Positions 27,387 through 40,285 are shown, counted from the first letter of the stretch. The stretch is DNA of 64,000 nucleotides from Eledone cirrhosa (GCA_964016885.1 OZ024740.1:413168001-413232000), one strand, 5' to 3'. Made by a program: numbers and translations. The notes: generated from the sequence alone by a model not told the origin.

Positions 27387-27966
27387 TATATTTATAAAAA
27401 CCATTATTATTTTATTATATATATTTCAAGGGCAACCAAGGCAAATTTTGGTGCGCTTTCATCAGATAAAATACAAATTTGTTTTATAAATATTGACATA
27501 CCCGCATAAAGACAACCTTACCGGTTGAGGTTCGCTGGATAGTGGAACAAATATTTTATTGAGGGTGATTCAAAGTTATGAGTAATTATGCAAATGAGTG
27601 TCAGAAAAACAACGGTTTATTTAAATTAAACTGTTTGAAGAAAATTAAACTGTTAGAAGAAAGTATTGAAAGGGAGAGAGAAAAGGGAGAGAGGAAAATA
27701 TTGAAAGGGAGAGAGAAAGAATAGTTTAATTTAAATAAACCGTTGTTTTTTCTGACACTCATTTGCATACTTACTCATAACTTTGAATCACCCTCAATAA
27801 AATACGTTTTCCACTATCCAGCGAACCTCAACCGGTAAGGTTGTCTTTATGCGGGTATGTCAATATTTATAAAACAAATTTGTATTTTATCTGATGAAAT
27901 CGCACCAAATTTACCTTGGTTGCTTTTGAAATATATATAATAAAATATTTATGGTTTTATAAATAT
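27387..27966. mobile_element. Inverted-repeat PLE-type terminus (~245-bp arms) with a TATATA-type HHR
   Basis: Arms at ~27387-27632 and ~27722-27966. CTGATGA at 27891 and GAAATATATATAATA at 27928. Flanked by (TA)n. Confidence 0.8.
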
Positions 27967-28007
27967 AGTTTCCATTTATTAATATATTGTATATATATAT
28001 ATATATT

Positions 28008-29040
28008 TGTTAAAATAACAGATTAAAGTTTAAGCAAAGAACCGGTGCTTTCACCCTTAACGGTATCTTCTGAAACTAAAAAAGTCAATCTGTGAACTGC
28101 TTCAAATTTAGCTAAATTACCTAGCCGTAGGAACACGTGCAACCCTGTAGCTAGTACTAACTGAAATTGTAAGAATCGGGTTCACTGCCCCCTATCCGGC
28201 AAATGCCTTTCTTGTAACATTGTCTACTAATGTAAGGTTGAAACACCCACGTCCCGTAGGGCCTACATAGGGTTAACCGCCAATAGATTCAAGCAGCGCC
28301 TTTACATGCATACCCATTCTTTCTTAACCCTTTAAGAAGGAATATGACGTCACTTTCAGCTTATATCTGAAGTCTAAAAGACAACCGCACCCAATATAGT
28401 TTACACTGGGATCTCTTAGCTGAGGCTAGATTGTATAACGGAAATAAAAGACCATGTGACCTCTGTTCTGCTGATGCCCTGGAAATACTCTACGCCAATG
28501 ATCACATCTTAAACAAAAAATCTGAGGCAATTTCGGCTTGTAAACATAAATTGCACAAAACTTTCCTGTATTACAGCCCCACATTATACCCTAACGGATA
28601 GTACGAACTATACGCGGATAATTTGTGTCTTGGTGTGGTAGCTAAGTATATTTTATATTTATACCATTGCTTATTTGTATAGGTGAGTATTTATTACCTG
28701 TATGTTTTGTGAAGGAACGTATACTTTCTCGTACGTATATTTGCTTGTATTTGTTATAGGCGTATATATGATATTATAAATACTGGTACATGTGTATATG
28801 GTTATGTGTATACATGAGTTTTGCGTTTGTGTGTGCATGCGGGTTTGCGCGTATGTAGGGTGTGTGTATATGTGTATTTGTGTTTTGTTTGACGTATTTT
28901 AGCGAAAATATGTGTATTTACATGTAGGTATGTGTGTGCGCGCGATATATGTTATTTATACGTGTATATACGTTTATATAATTATATGTATACACGAACA
29001 CACACACACGCATATATATATATATAATTTATTTATCTAT

Positions 29041-29050
<10 letters not shown>
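28008..29050 (+). mobile_element. Decayed Hydra-type PLE 3' part (GIY-YIG plus 3' UTR) with an inverted terminal fragment at its 5' end
   Basis: 28162-28601 translates, through stops and a frameshift, to *NCKNRVHCPLSGKCLSCNIVY*...RAYIGLTANRFKQR...TSLSAYI*SLK...CDLC...LNKKSEAISACKH. 28008-28097 matches 46460-46550, and the 3' UTR resembles 46950-47260. Confidence 0.85.
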
Positions 29051-29087
<37 letters not shown>

Positions 29088-29099
29088 TACTTCTCTTGG

Positions 29100-30088
29100 G
29101 TCAGTGTTCTTTGTTTGGGTGTTGTTATTCCATTCATTTTTTTCTGTTTAGCCTTGGCCATCTAAGTTCTATTTCACTGGCCTCTCTGATTTGCCTATCT
29201 GCTGGGTCATTTCTATATTTAGATATTATTCTAATTTCTATGGTGTCTATATTACCGTCGTGTTGTTATCTGGCATGTTCGTATAGTACTGAACCGTTTT
29301 TTCGTCCTTTAAGTTCCCCCCCAGTGTTGGTCTATCCTTTCACCTATGCTACGAGCTGTCTCGCCTATGTATGCTGTTGTCATGTTTCTGCAAGTACCCT
29401 CTGTACATCTTATACTATAGACTACGTTTCTAGTTTTACAGGTTATTCGGGGGTTTACTTTACACATGATACATTTCCTATCAGTAGAGTGGGTTTTCTT
29501 AAAAGGCTAGGTTTTGCTGATCAGGGATTTTTTGGTGGTTCCTGGTTTTTCTACCACCTTAATCTTTAAGTGGCTCTTTCTCAGGGCCTTTCTACACTGG
29601 CTAGCTAATTTCCCTCCAGGGGTAGCGTCCAAAAACATGACACTCTGGTATCTCTGGTTGTCGTACTATGAGGTCGCTTTCCCTAACTTATGTTTAGCCC
29701 TATCTAAGCTATTCCATGATTTGCTCCTGTATAATGGGCAAATTCCTTTCATGTCCAGTTCTATGAGGGTCCTATACTTCTCCGTGGCTCCTTCGTATAC
29801 TCTGATTCTGTCTCTTTGGTTGTAGCCAGAGAACTGCATGCGGTTGCTGAAGTGTTGGATGTGTCTTTCCATTTCTGTTGGGTCGCACATGCGTGACACA
29901 TTCTTCATCATTCGTACCAAGTCTGCGATCAGAATATTAAACTTAGCACCACTGGACATTGCTGAGTTTTTGAGTATCATGTATTTGGAGGCCATGGGTT
30001 TAGCATAGTGTGAGTGGAGAATTTGGGCTCTCTCGACTATAGTGTTCATCCAGAGTTCCGTGTCTAATACAGGTAGTCTATTGTTAGC
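29100..30088 (-). pseudogene. Decayed PLE of a different clade: RT C-terminus/thumb, Cys linker, GIY-YIG
   Basis: ORF 29666..30163 contains LPVLD...HYAKPMAS...RMQFSGY...PLYR. Manual read-through gives FLDATPGGKLA...VVEKPG...CKTRNVVYSIRC...YIGETARSIGERIDQH...RQIREA...LNRK. Confidence 0.85.
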
Positions 30089-30521
30089 AATCATAACAAA
30101 AATAATAATGTTAATGATAGGAACAACAACAACCACCATAATAACAATAATAGCAACATACACAACTATGACGATAGATATAATGACAACCCCTTAGAGA
30201 AACTATTCTTCAACCCAGCTGACGAAACATATAAGATGGGTAATATCTATCCCACGAGGTTACCCTTTAATAAAAGAGTTTGCATACCACAACAAATAGA
30301 TGACGAGACAGAGGCGCCGTTCACCATAGCTAGAAATAAGATTAGACAAATATTAGACCGGTATACTAAGAGACATAGGGTTTTCACTCCAACAATATTT
30401 TTACTGGATTATAGACCTTTCTCAAGTTTGTTTATCTCTCTTCTGTCACTCACTAGAAGTATGTTGGGAGTTTATTGTATTATCTAAAGAATACATCGGC
30501 TAATTACCGTAAAATATCTAT

Positions 30522-30593
<72 letters not shown>

Positions 30594-30770
30594 CGAATTT
30601 CCTTGTAAATTGTAATCATCATAAATGTATTTTTATTGACATATTATTTGTTCCGTATATTTCTCCATTGATATATCCAGTTATATACCATTCAAACATG
30701 ATAAACATTATTGATACCATTGAATATGATAAACATGATTGATATATATTTGTGTGTGGGGGGGGGGGGG

Positions 30771-30816
<46 letters not shown>

Positions 30817-31739
30817 GTGTGTGTCTGTGTGGCTGTGTCTGTGTGAGTGAGTGTTTGTTTGCACACATGTATGTATGCATACAACCACATATGTCTGTTG
30901 TATTGTATATATATTTTTTTCTTTTATCCAAGTTATATTGAAGCTACTATTTACCTGGTATTTGTTTTTTTTAAATTCATATACTATAATATTCAATCTT
31001 GACACTAGTAGAATATGAACTCAGAATGCTGAAGAGTTATGCAAACAGGTCTCCATTGAAACCGAGCCACAAATCCACTGATTTAAATCAAAACACACTG
31101 CCGTTCATCCTGACTAACCACGTTACAGTCAGCATAACAAGGAACTTGCTATTAGCAAAAAGTAAGATTAACATTGGCTTAGACATGTAGATTTCCGTGT
31201 TATTTCAACATTGTATAAATGTGAACTGGTAACGTGAATAATGTTCTCGATAAAATTGAATGTTTGTGAATTTGTATCAATAGAATGGTATATACCAAGA
31301 TTTATGAGTTGATTTATTGGACAATTTATCTATCCATTTGAATGTCATCAGTTTACATTAATGCTGCACAGTTGACGACTGGGCTACAGTAACAAATACA
31401 CCATTAAACTTGATTATATTCTTTTCACGGATTGTAGAATGTTCATTTATCACTATTTACTTATCTTGTATCATTCAGTTTGTTCATAGTTATTTCCAAC
31501 AGAATGGGTATGCATAGCTTAGAATGTCAATAATTAAACTGCGGTCAAACAAAAGTGTAATGCAGGTAAATCTTTCGGTATCGTTGGTTATTAAAGAGCT
31601 CAAGCATAAAACCTAGTATACACCCTCCATAGCATTGATCATTTCATTTTATGGCAAATTTCTTCTACCTTTCTCTGTATGTATGTATATATGTTACGTA
31701 ACATCGTCTGCCATGACCATCTACGTGTATACACACACA

Positions 31740-31801
<62 letters not shown>

Positions 31802-31803
31802 TA

Positions 31804-31854
<51 letters not shown>

Positions 31855-31919
31855 GAAAAGAGTCCGAGCCCGACGGCTGAGCTCCGGTCGTTTCGACAGC
31901 TAGATCTGAAGCGATTCTC

Positions 31920-33322
31920 TCACTCACTTAATTTGTGTTTGAGTTACGTTAGAGATAGCTTATTGCTAGAGCGGAACTATTCGAATTCCCACACCCACTG
32001 TCGCGTAAATTTCTGCACCAGCAGCCAATCGGTTACCGGCAGTTTTATGACGCGTAAAGATTCCAATTGCTAATGCATTACCTTGTTGCATGTTACATTC
32101 ACTATCACAGCCGACACGGACTGTAATCGGATACTGTGGAACGATTGGTTATTGATTAGGCGAAATCTGCTGATGAAGCCACATACACCTATTGTGCATT
32201 GTTGCATAATAAATGCAGACAGTGGATGCGTTGCAATCCATTGCTGCATTAAGTGTGGCCGAAACTCGAATAAGGGTATAGATTAGAGGTACTCATTTAC
32301 GTGTGTTGTCTTGAAACAAATAACTTTGTGTCTACTCTGGGACTTTACATAACATTACCTATTGAGTACGCTGAGATGCAACCGGTCCTATCAGTGATAC
32401 CCATGCTAGTCCCGTCAACTTATTATTTTCTCCCAAATAGCAGATTAACAATGAGATTAAGTTGAACAATTTTCAATATTTTTTATTGTATTTTCTTTAA
32501 TATGTACTCTAATATAGGTTCTATCTTTCTTTCTCACTCACCTATTGAATCGTGCAAGTTGTAAAATTGACCGGTTTACCACGTGGTTGTTCGAAAATCT
32601 AACCACCGTGCTAATTCTATATCTCTGGCTAATCGTCTGTTGGCATTTAATGTGCGGAAAGACTTTAGGCATTGCCATTGTTACTGCCGTACTATCTTTT
32701 GCCATGGTACTTGGAAGCTTGACCTAAATGCTACCATTCTATTGTACAGCGATTGGAGACTGGTTTTCTCGAATAACCGATTTTTTCACCCACTTGCTAA
32801 TTTCTGTTTGAGATACGTTGGAGAGTGCTTATGACTGGAGCGGAACTATATGAATTTCGACTCCTACCGTCGTGTAAATGTCTAAACCGGTAGCCAATCG
32901 GTTGCCTGTATTGTAATGATGCGTAGGGATTTCAAATCTTAATGTAATACGGTGCTGCATGATACATTCACTGTTACAGCCGTCACGGACTGGAATCGAA
33001 TTATGTTGATCGATTGGCTATTGATTGGGCGAAACCCACTTATGAAGACATATGCGTCGATTGTGCATTATTGCATTATAAATGCAGACAGTGGATGCTT
33101 TGCACTCTATTGGTGCATTAAGTGTGTCCGAAACTCGAGTACGGGTATAGATATGAGGTACTCATTTGCGGGTGTTGTATTGAAGCAAATAATTTTGTGT
33201 CTACTTTGGGGTTTTACATAAAATTACCTATTCAGTTCGCTGATGAAGCCACCTGCACCGACTGTGCATTGTTGCATAATACATGCTGGGATGCAACTCA
33301 CGCTAGTCCCGTCAACTTATTA
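31920..33322 (+). repeat. Diverged direct repeat (869-nt period), each copy carrying a hammerhead with an enlarged stem II
   Basis: ~31930-32425 aligns by eye to ~32800-33322. GAAACTCGA at 32261 and 33130; a third partial CTGATGAAGCCAC at ~33240. Confidence 0.85.
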
Positions 33323-33888
33323 TATATGTATATATATATATATGTATATATATATGTATATATATATATAATTGTTTATAGTTCGTGTTAATGGATCACT
33401 GATTATATTTGCAGTCGCAAACAAATAATGAATACTGCTGCAAACACCTTTAAGCACTCGACGTGTGCAGTGTGCTATTCCTCGTTTGATATGTGCTCAA
33501 AATGTGTGTATGACAGATCATTGGTATAATCAGTATGTTTATACTTAATTACATTAAATGTATTACATAATAGGTGTCATACGTAATTCCGTATATACAT
33601 TCGTGTTTGAGGGTGCTTGTTAATTTCAATCTGTATGTATGTGTGTGTGCTGGAGTGTACGTGTGTGCCTTTGTGTGTATGTTTTTCTTTATAAGAACGA
33701 CTATACTGATGTCAGGTACACATGTATTCTAATGCTTGCTCAAGACTGAACTTTCAAATTAAATTACTTGGAGCAACATAATGCTTACAGTATTTTATGT
33801 TAACGAGGAAATTCTATCTTATTTAAATTGTTCATAGCTCTCTCTTTCTATTTCTCTCTCTCGCTCTCTCTCTCCCCCTCACTCTCAC

Positions 33889-33976
<88 letters not shown>

Positions 33977-33980
<4 letters not shown>

Positions 33981-34389
33981 GATATTAAATAAATGGAAAC
34001 TATATTTATAAAACCATATTTATTTCATTATATATATTTCAGGGATATCATATTAACAATATGTTATTCCTTCATCAGACAAAATACAATATAAACAGTC
34101 TTATAAATAAATAGATATGACATACCTTTCAATCGACTTGCATTTGGGAAGTTGATTTGGCAGTAAAAAATATTGTGGACAGTTGTAAAAAGAAAGAGAG
34201 AAAGAAAGAAAGAAAGAAAAACGAAGAAAAAGAAGAAATGCATGTGACTAAATAGAGAGATATAGAAAGATAGATAAAGGGAAGAACTTCATGTAAAGGA
34301 ACATAGAGAGATATATAGAGAGAGGAAAAAAGAAAGAGATAGATAGAGATAGATAGAGAAACTAGGTAGTTGAGTATCAGTTGATACAT

Positions 34390-34420
<31 letters not shown>

Positions 34421-34882
34421 GCTCTAGTATTAATGTAAAGAGAGATGTATGTAGTTAAGAGAGAAAATAGCCGTTATATAGAGAGAAAAAAGAGAAAATG
34501 AAAAAGAAAAAATGAAAAATAACCAGACATAAACGAGGCAGAGTTTAAAAAACGCTATGTTTCATCATGTAGAAAATATTAGTTCGTATAAAACAGGCAC
34601 TATAATGTAAATATCAGTATTCATGAATGAGACATGTATCTATAATGTGTGAAAAGTAATGATCTTATGTCTAGTTTTTAAAAATTCATATGTTTATATC
34701 ATAATTATAAGTATAAACAAACTCCCAGACTGTTTAACTATAAGACTGTTTAACTATAAGACTGTTTATATTGTATTTTGTCTGATGAAGGCATAACATA
34801 TTGTTAATATGATATCCCTGAAATATATATAATGAAATAAATATGGTTTTATAAATATAGTTTCCATTTATTTAATATCATA
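33977..34882. mobile_element. Inverted-repeat PLE-type terminus with a TATATA-type HHR
   Basis: Arms at ~33977-34104 and ~34755-34882. CTGATGA at 34782 and GAAATATATATAAT at 34820. Downstream TATGGTTTTATAAATATAGTTTCCATTTATT is shared with ~27950-27980. Confidence 0.8.
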
Positions 34883-35010
34883 AATATACTCCAAATACTT
34901 GTTGAGTGCTTTTATATCAGTTATAAATATTTACTCGTTGTTAACCCAACAATTTAAATATAACTTTCCATATATATATATATATATATATATGAATATA
35001 TATATACGTT

Positions 35011-35152
<142 letters not shown>

Positions 35153-35160
35153 GAAAATAA

Positions 35161-37767
35161 CTCTTAATTGCTAGTGTTAACTCCTTCGTAAAAAGGATTA
35201 GATGGCGTGCTTTCCACTATGATATTAATAGGAATAGGAAGGACCCAGGGAATAGGACTCATTTCAATAACTATGGCTTCAAAACTTATAAGAGCCCAGC
35301 ACATAATGTTCTATTAGATAATTTTGAAAATGACTTACTCTCTCTTGTCAAAAATATTAAGTATAGGCCATATAATAGACATAGAAATTATAATAAGTTT
35401 GATAAGTTCCAGTCTAGACTTAAAAATATTGTTAAGGGTTTTAGTGCGAATAAGTCTATTCTTGTCCCGGCGGATAAGACTAAGAATCTATACTCTATGG
35501 ATTACAGTGCTTACTGTGACTTTATTTATAAGGAGCTGCATAGAAATAATAAAAAGACTACGCAAGATAATTTGAACCATATCAATAGTGAGGGTCTTAA
35601 AATAGTCTCGGACCTTGGCCTCGATAAGTATACCCAGCCATATTACCCTAGAGAACCGAGATTCACTCTTAAGGTAGACTTCATTAGTAACCCCTCTGTT
35701 AGACTCATCTGTCCTTCTAAGTCCGATATAGCCATAATCAGTAAAAAAATCCTTGACCTTATTATACCAGATGTTAGGGATAAAGTTAATTTTAACGTAT
35801 GCGGGAACAGTAAGGACGTTATAGATTGGTTCTCTGGCATTAATAAACTTGAATCTAATAAGTTTATCCAGTTCGATATTGATGCCTACTACACATCGAT
35901 TTCACCCATCCTCCTCAATAAAGCTTTAATGTTGGCCATGAGAGTGTCCAGCCTTACACGATCACAGGTAGATATTATACTAGCAGCCCGTAGAACTATC
36001 ATTAATTTTGAGGACACATTTTGGACTCGTAAAAACACGCCCAACAATTTCGACGTTACAATGGGTTCGAGTGATTCGGCCCAGGTAACTGATCGTGTTG
36101 GGTTGTTCCTCCTAAATGAACTATATGTTACCTTTCCGCACCTTAAAGGCGGGCTATATCGTGATGATGCATTGTTTGTGATTAACTCAAGCACCAACAA
36201 TGTCGAGCATAATAAGAAGAAGCTTTATAAGTTTTTTAAAAGCTATAACCTTTCGATCACGATAGATAGAAACGATAGAGCGGTCAACTTTTTAGATGTG
36301 ACTTTGGACTTGGTCACTAATAGTTTTAAACCCTTCCATAAGCCTAATGAAATACTTTCTTATGTTAGTCCCAATTCTAACCACCCCAAATCTATGATAA
36401 GCTCTATAATTAAGGTTATATCTAATAGGATTTCCACACTCTCTAAGGACGTAGGAACATTTAATGACCATGCGGAGTACTATAATAATGCCCTAGCTAA
36501 TTCCGGTTACTCTGGTAAAATACATTATAATAATAGTAACCTTAGAAAGTCTCCGCTTACCTATAATAATAATAACATAATATCCCATAATATGGCCATT
36601 AATGGGAGTAGGAAGCATAATAATCGTAGAAATTACATAGGTGTATCTGAACCCATCCATAAGTTAACCCACCGGACTCGTAATAGGCAATCTAATACCT
36701 CTAGGAATCAAGTCGAACCCTCTGAGCGCTCACTCATTGGTGATGCTTTTGCTAGATCTAATTCTAATAATGTTGTTTCTACTGATCCTATTATTGGCCC
36801 TAATCCTTTTGATAGGATTCCTGACAGCAGCAGATATACTAAGGGTAGAAACAGAAAGAGACTTAATGGAATTTCGGCTGATTCTAATAATGTGGTTTTA
36901 ACTAATCCTTGTTGTAACCCTAGTTTTAATAATGGGATATTGGATAATGGTAGAGTCAGAAAGGATAAAAATAGAAGGAGACTAAATACTTATTTTAACC
37001 CGCCATATAATCAGGAAGTATTAACTAATATCCCTAGGTCTTTCTTTTCTATCTTAGAGAAAAATTTCCCCCCTTCTCATAAATACCATAGTATTTTTAA
37101 TAAAAATGTAATTAAACTTTCATTCTCCACCACCCCTAATATTAGTTCTCATTTAACTAGCACTAACAATAGGAAAATTAGGGATGGATACTCCTCTCTA
37201 CATACTACTAGTCAGAACAGATCTGCAAATGCCTTACCACCAGAGCAGACCTTATCTAATAGTAATCCTACGTGTAATGCATCACTACTTCAGCCAATCA
37301 ATAGCACCCGGAAGTGTCACTGTAGAGTGAGTGCTAACTGCCCTTTAAACGGTAACTGCCTCTCTAAGAACATCGTTTATGTTTGCGTAGTTATAACTAA
37401 TTCCTCTAATAGAACATATATAGGCGCTACATCTAACACTTTTAAGACTAGGTTTAATTCTCATATCTCTAATTTCAAACATGTTAAGTTTAAGAATTCT
37501 ACTTCTTTAGCACACTATATCTGGGATCTTAAGGGGGCTAATATACCATATAGCCTTAATTGGCGTTTAGTAGCACGCTCTAATTACCTTTCTACACATA
37601 CTAAATTTTGTAATCTCTGTATCCTTGAGACACACTCTATAATTTTCTATAGTGAATCCTTACTTAATAGAAAGTCTGAGATATTCTCTTCTTGCCCCCA
37701 CGCTATTTCTAATTCTTACTTTTATTATAAAACTAAAGGTTCTAGTAGTGTAAATTGTATCCATTAG
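35161..37767 (+). CDS. PLE polyprotein: RT + CxCx5Cx5C linker + GIY-YIG endonuclease (5'-truncated; first ATG at 35497)
   Basis: The frame is open from 35161 (KRIRWRAFHY...YGFK...VPADKTKNLY). RT motifs FDIDAYYTSI, VTMGS and LYRDD. Linker CHCRVSANCPLNGNC; EN motifs IVY...YIG...R...H, CNLC, LNRKSE...CPH. Confidence 0.92.
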   Translation, partial: LLIASVNSFVKRIRWRAFHYDINRNRKDPGNRTHFNNYGFKTYKSPAHNVLLDNFENDLLSLVKNIKYRPYNRHRNYNKFDKFQSRLKNIVKGFSANKSILVPADKTKNLYSMDYSAYCDFIYKELHRNNKKTTQDNLNHINSEGLKIVSDLGLDKYTQPYYPREPRFTLKVDFISNPSVRLICPSKSDIAIISKKILDLIIPDVRDKVNFNVCGNSKDVIDWFSGINKLESNKFIQFDIDAYYTSISPILLNKALMLAMRVSSLTRSQVDIILAARRTIINFEDTFWTRKNTPNNFDVTMGSSDSAQVTDRVGLFLLNELYVTFPHLKGGLYRDDALFVINSSTNNVEHNKKKLYKFFKSYNLSITIDRNDRAVNFLDVTLDLVTNSFKPFHKPNEILSYVSPNSNHPKSMISSIIKVISNRISTLSKDVGTFNDHAEYYNNALANSGYSGKIHYNNSNLRKSPLTYNNNNIISHNMAINGSRKHNNRRNYIGVSEPIHKLTHRTRNRQSNTSRNQVEPSERSLIGDAFARSNSNNVVSTDPIIGPNPFDRIPDSSRYTKGRNRKRLNGISADSNNVVLTNPCCNPSFNNGILDNGRVRKDKNRRRLNTYFNPPYNQEVLTNIPRSFFSILEKNFPPSHKYHSIFNKNVIKLSFSTTPNISSHLTSTNNRKIRDGYSSLHTTSQNRSANALPPEQTLSNSNPTCNASLLQPINSTRKCHCRVSANCPLNGNCLSKNIVYVCVVITNSSNRTYIGATSNTFKTRFNSHISNFKHVKFKNSTSLAHYIWDLKGANIPYSLNWRLVARSNYLSTHTKFCNLCILETHSIIFYSESLLNRKSEIFSSCPHAISNSYFYYKTKGSSSVNCIH

Positions 37768-39447
37768 CTGATATATTCCATTACTTATTATTTTAGTTTA
37801 GGTTCATTTTGTTTACCACCATTATTTTCATCATTATTATCATTGATTTTGACAACTTTTTATTCTAGCTCTCATAATCTTTTGGCTACTATACCATATC
37901 TATCTTCTTACACATTAAATTTTCACTATTAACACCTTATGAGTATATATCTGATTATATATTTTATATTATTTTATTTCATTTTATTTTGTTTTATTTG
38001 GATTCTTCTTTGGATAACTACCCCCCCCCCCCATGCACACATAAACTTATTGCTAACCCCTTCAAATATATTATGATTATATTTAATCCCCTTTTTATGC
38101 TCCTTTCTATTATATAATACAGTATATTGATTATGATTTTATGCTCCTTTGTATCCTTCATACATTTCTTTTTTTCTGTCCACATTAGCCTACCATAATT
38201 CTGCTTAAAGTCAGTTTATTGGATAACGTTATGTAAATGATAGTAGAATATTTCATTCCTTTCTATATATATTTATAGTTGATATCTTAATGTTTAGGGA
38301 TTTTGATTACTTAAACCATAGCTAATATTGTATTGTCTTATTAAGTATTTTAAATATTTTCAATATTAATTTATCAAATAGGGTTTTCTAGTCATTTATC
38401 TGGGTTGTTTCCTAAGTTTATACTTAATTGCATGTGAGACCTAAGTAAATACTTTTGTTTTTGTTTTTTGATTTCCGGTCGTTTTTATTTATTTATTTAT
38501 TAATACTACTGTGCATAGTATTTTCTGTCTGGCCCTTATTCACTCATTCATATATGTGTCTGTTTACCAACCTTGTAATTATAAGTAATTATATACTATA
38601 TTATGTTCATTATTTTATATTGAAGTTGTTATTCAACTCTTTGTAAATGTACTATTGATCTTTATTACTTACCGATGATTTTATGTACCATTATGATATG
38701 TTAAATTTTATATATTCTGTAAGATGTTTATATTTTTGTACCATCATAATTTTGGTATTGTACAATATATATTTTTTTCTCACCTGCTCTGTAACTCTAT
38801 ATGAATTGATTTGTTAACTTACATGCCATTATATATTATTATATTATTATTATAGTGTTATTGTGACATCTATGTTTGTGTAAATTAACCAGAGATTATC
38901 TATTATATTATATTATATATTATATAATTATATAGTTTATTATATATAATATGTTTTACTTTTAATCATTTCATTACTTCATGTTATACTGTATATTATA
39001 TATACGTATTATTTTTATTTTTATTCCTATTATGCTTATTTATATTTAAACTCTTAATAAGGTTTAATTGGTGCTGTTAATGATGGAAATGTGTATTGAT
39101 GTATATGTATATGTGCGTACGTGTGTGTATATATATACATTTGTATATTGTGCCTTTTAATTTTAATTTTAATTTTTAATATTGTTACAAGTATATTATA
39201 TTATATTATATAATATTGTATTACATATAGTACTATAATTCCCGCTCTATATAACCACCTTTGTTTAGCTCTAGTTTTTTGCTTTGGACTATATTTGTAA
39301 TATGGTTCAAAATGTTATCCACCTCCTTAGTGATTTTTATTATATATTTTTACCAAATAATCTTCCAATACTTTAGTGTATGTACACTCCATATTCTTCT
39401 GAGTTTTCGGCTTGTATTGGCCGATAGTGCTTCTTGTAGTTTTAATT

Positions 39448-39485
39448 GCCCTGATGAGTCCGTAATAGGACGAAACATTGTTGGC
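39448..39485 (+). ncRNA. Canonical minimal type I hammerhead in the PLE 3' end
   Basis: GCC-CTGATGA-GTCC-gtaata-GGAC-GAAAC-att-GT-T-GGC. Confidence 0.88.
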
Positions 39486-39632
39486 TAATAAAGACTTTTG
39501 ATGTATTGAAGGCTTCTTTGTTTTATTTTCATAATTCTTCGGCTCTGTTTAATTACATTGAGCTATACCTTTTACTGTCATTTCTATAGTACGAAGAGGG
39601 TGTTTAACTCCAACATGCTACAGTATTTTAAT

Positions 39633-39698
<66 letters not shown>

Positions 39699-40009
39699 GT
39701 ATATGTAATTTAATAAATTCCTATCATATTTGCAAGTATATGATTATAATAGAATGTAACAAACCTCTCAATGAATTTCATTTCTTGTATAAATCTACGC
39801 ATCAAATTACATTTTATTGTGGGGTAACTTAATCATCAAAATACTTATATTAACCCACCAATATAATTATGTTGTAATTATCATACATCTGTTTTACTTG
39901 TTTCACAATCGGTAATTTATTTAACAGTTGATTAAAAAGCTTATCAAAATATTTGGTAAATTGATAAATTGAAATTGATGATACTACCTTGCTTTGAAAT
40001 TAAACTTAA

Positions 40010-40068
40010 TCAGGCTAAGTTGAAGTCATAACATGTTGATTTATCGATTTTCCTCAATAATGTATGTT

Positions 40069-40122
<54 letters not shown>

Positions 40123-40180
40123 AACATACATCATTGAGAAAAATCGACTAATCAACATTTTATGCCTCTAACTTAACCTA
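40010..40180. repeat. Aged inverted repeat centred on (TA)n
   Basis: ATGTTGATTTATCGATTTTCCTCAATAATGTATGTTTG-(TA)n-CAAACATACATCATTGAGAAAAATCGACTAATCAACAT. Confidence 0.8.
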
Positions 40181-40200
40181 TACCAATAAATTGTTATCCC

Positions 40201-40249
<49 letters not shown>

Positions 40250-40285
40250 CGTGTATGTGAGTGTGTGTGTACATATACAGACACA

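Noticed and set aside
28162-28164. In-frame TGA at the first Cys of the CxC motif as selenocysteine, as in Naiad PLEs
   Set aside because: The same fragment has a TAA stop, a TGA at a Trp position and a frameshift, and I recognised no SECIS. Decay is the simpler explanation.
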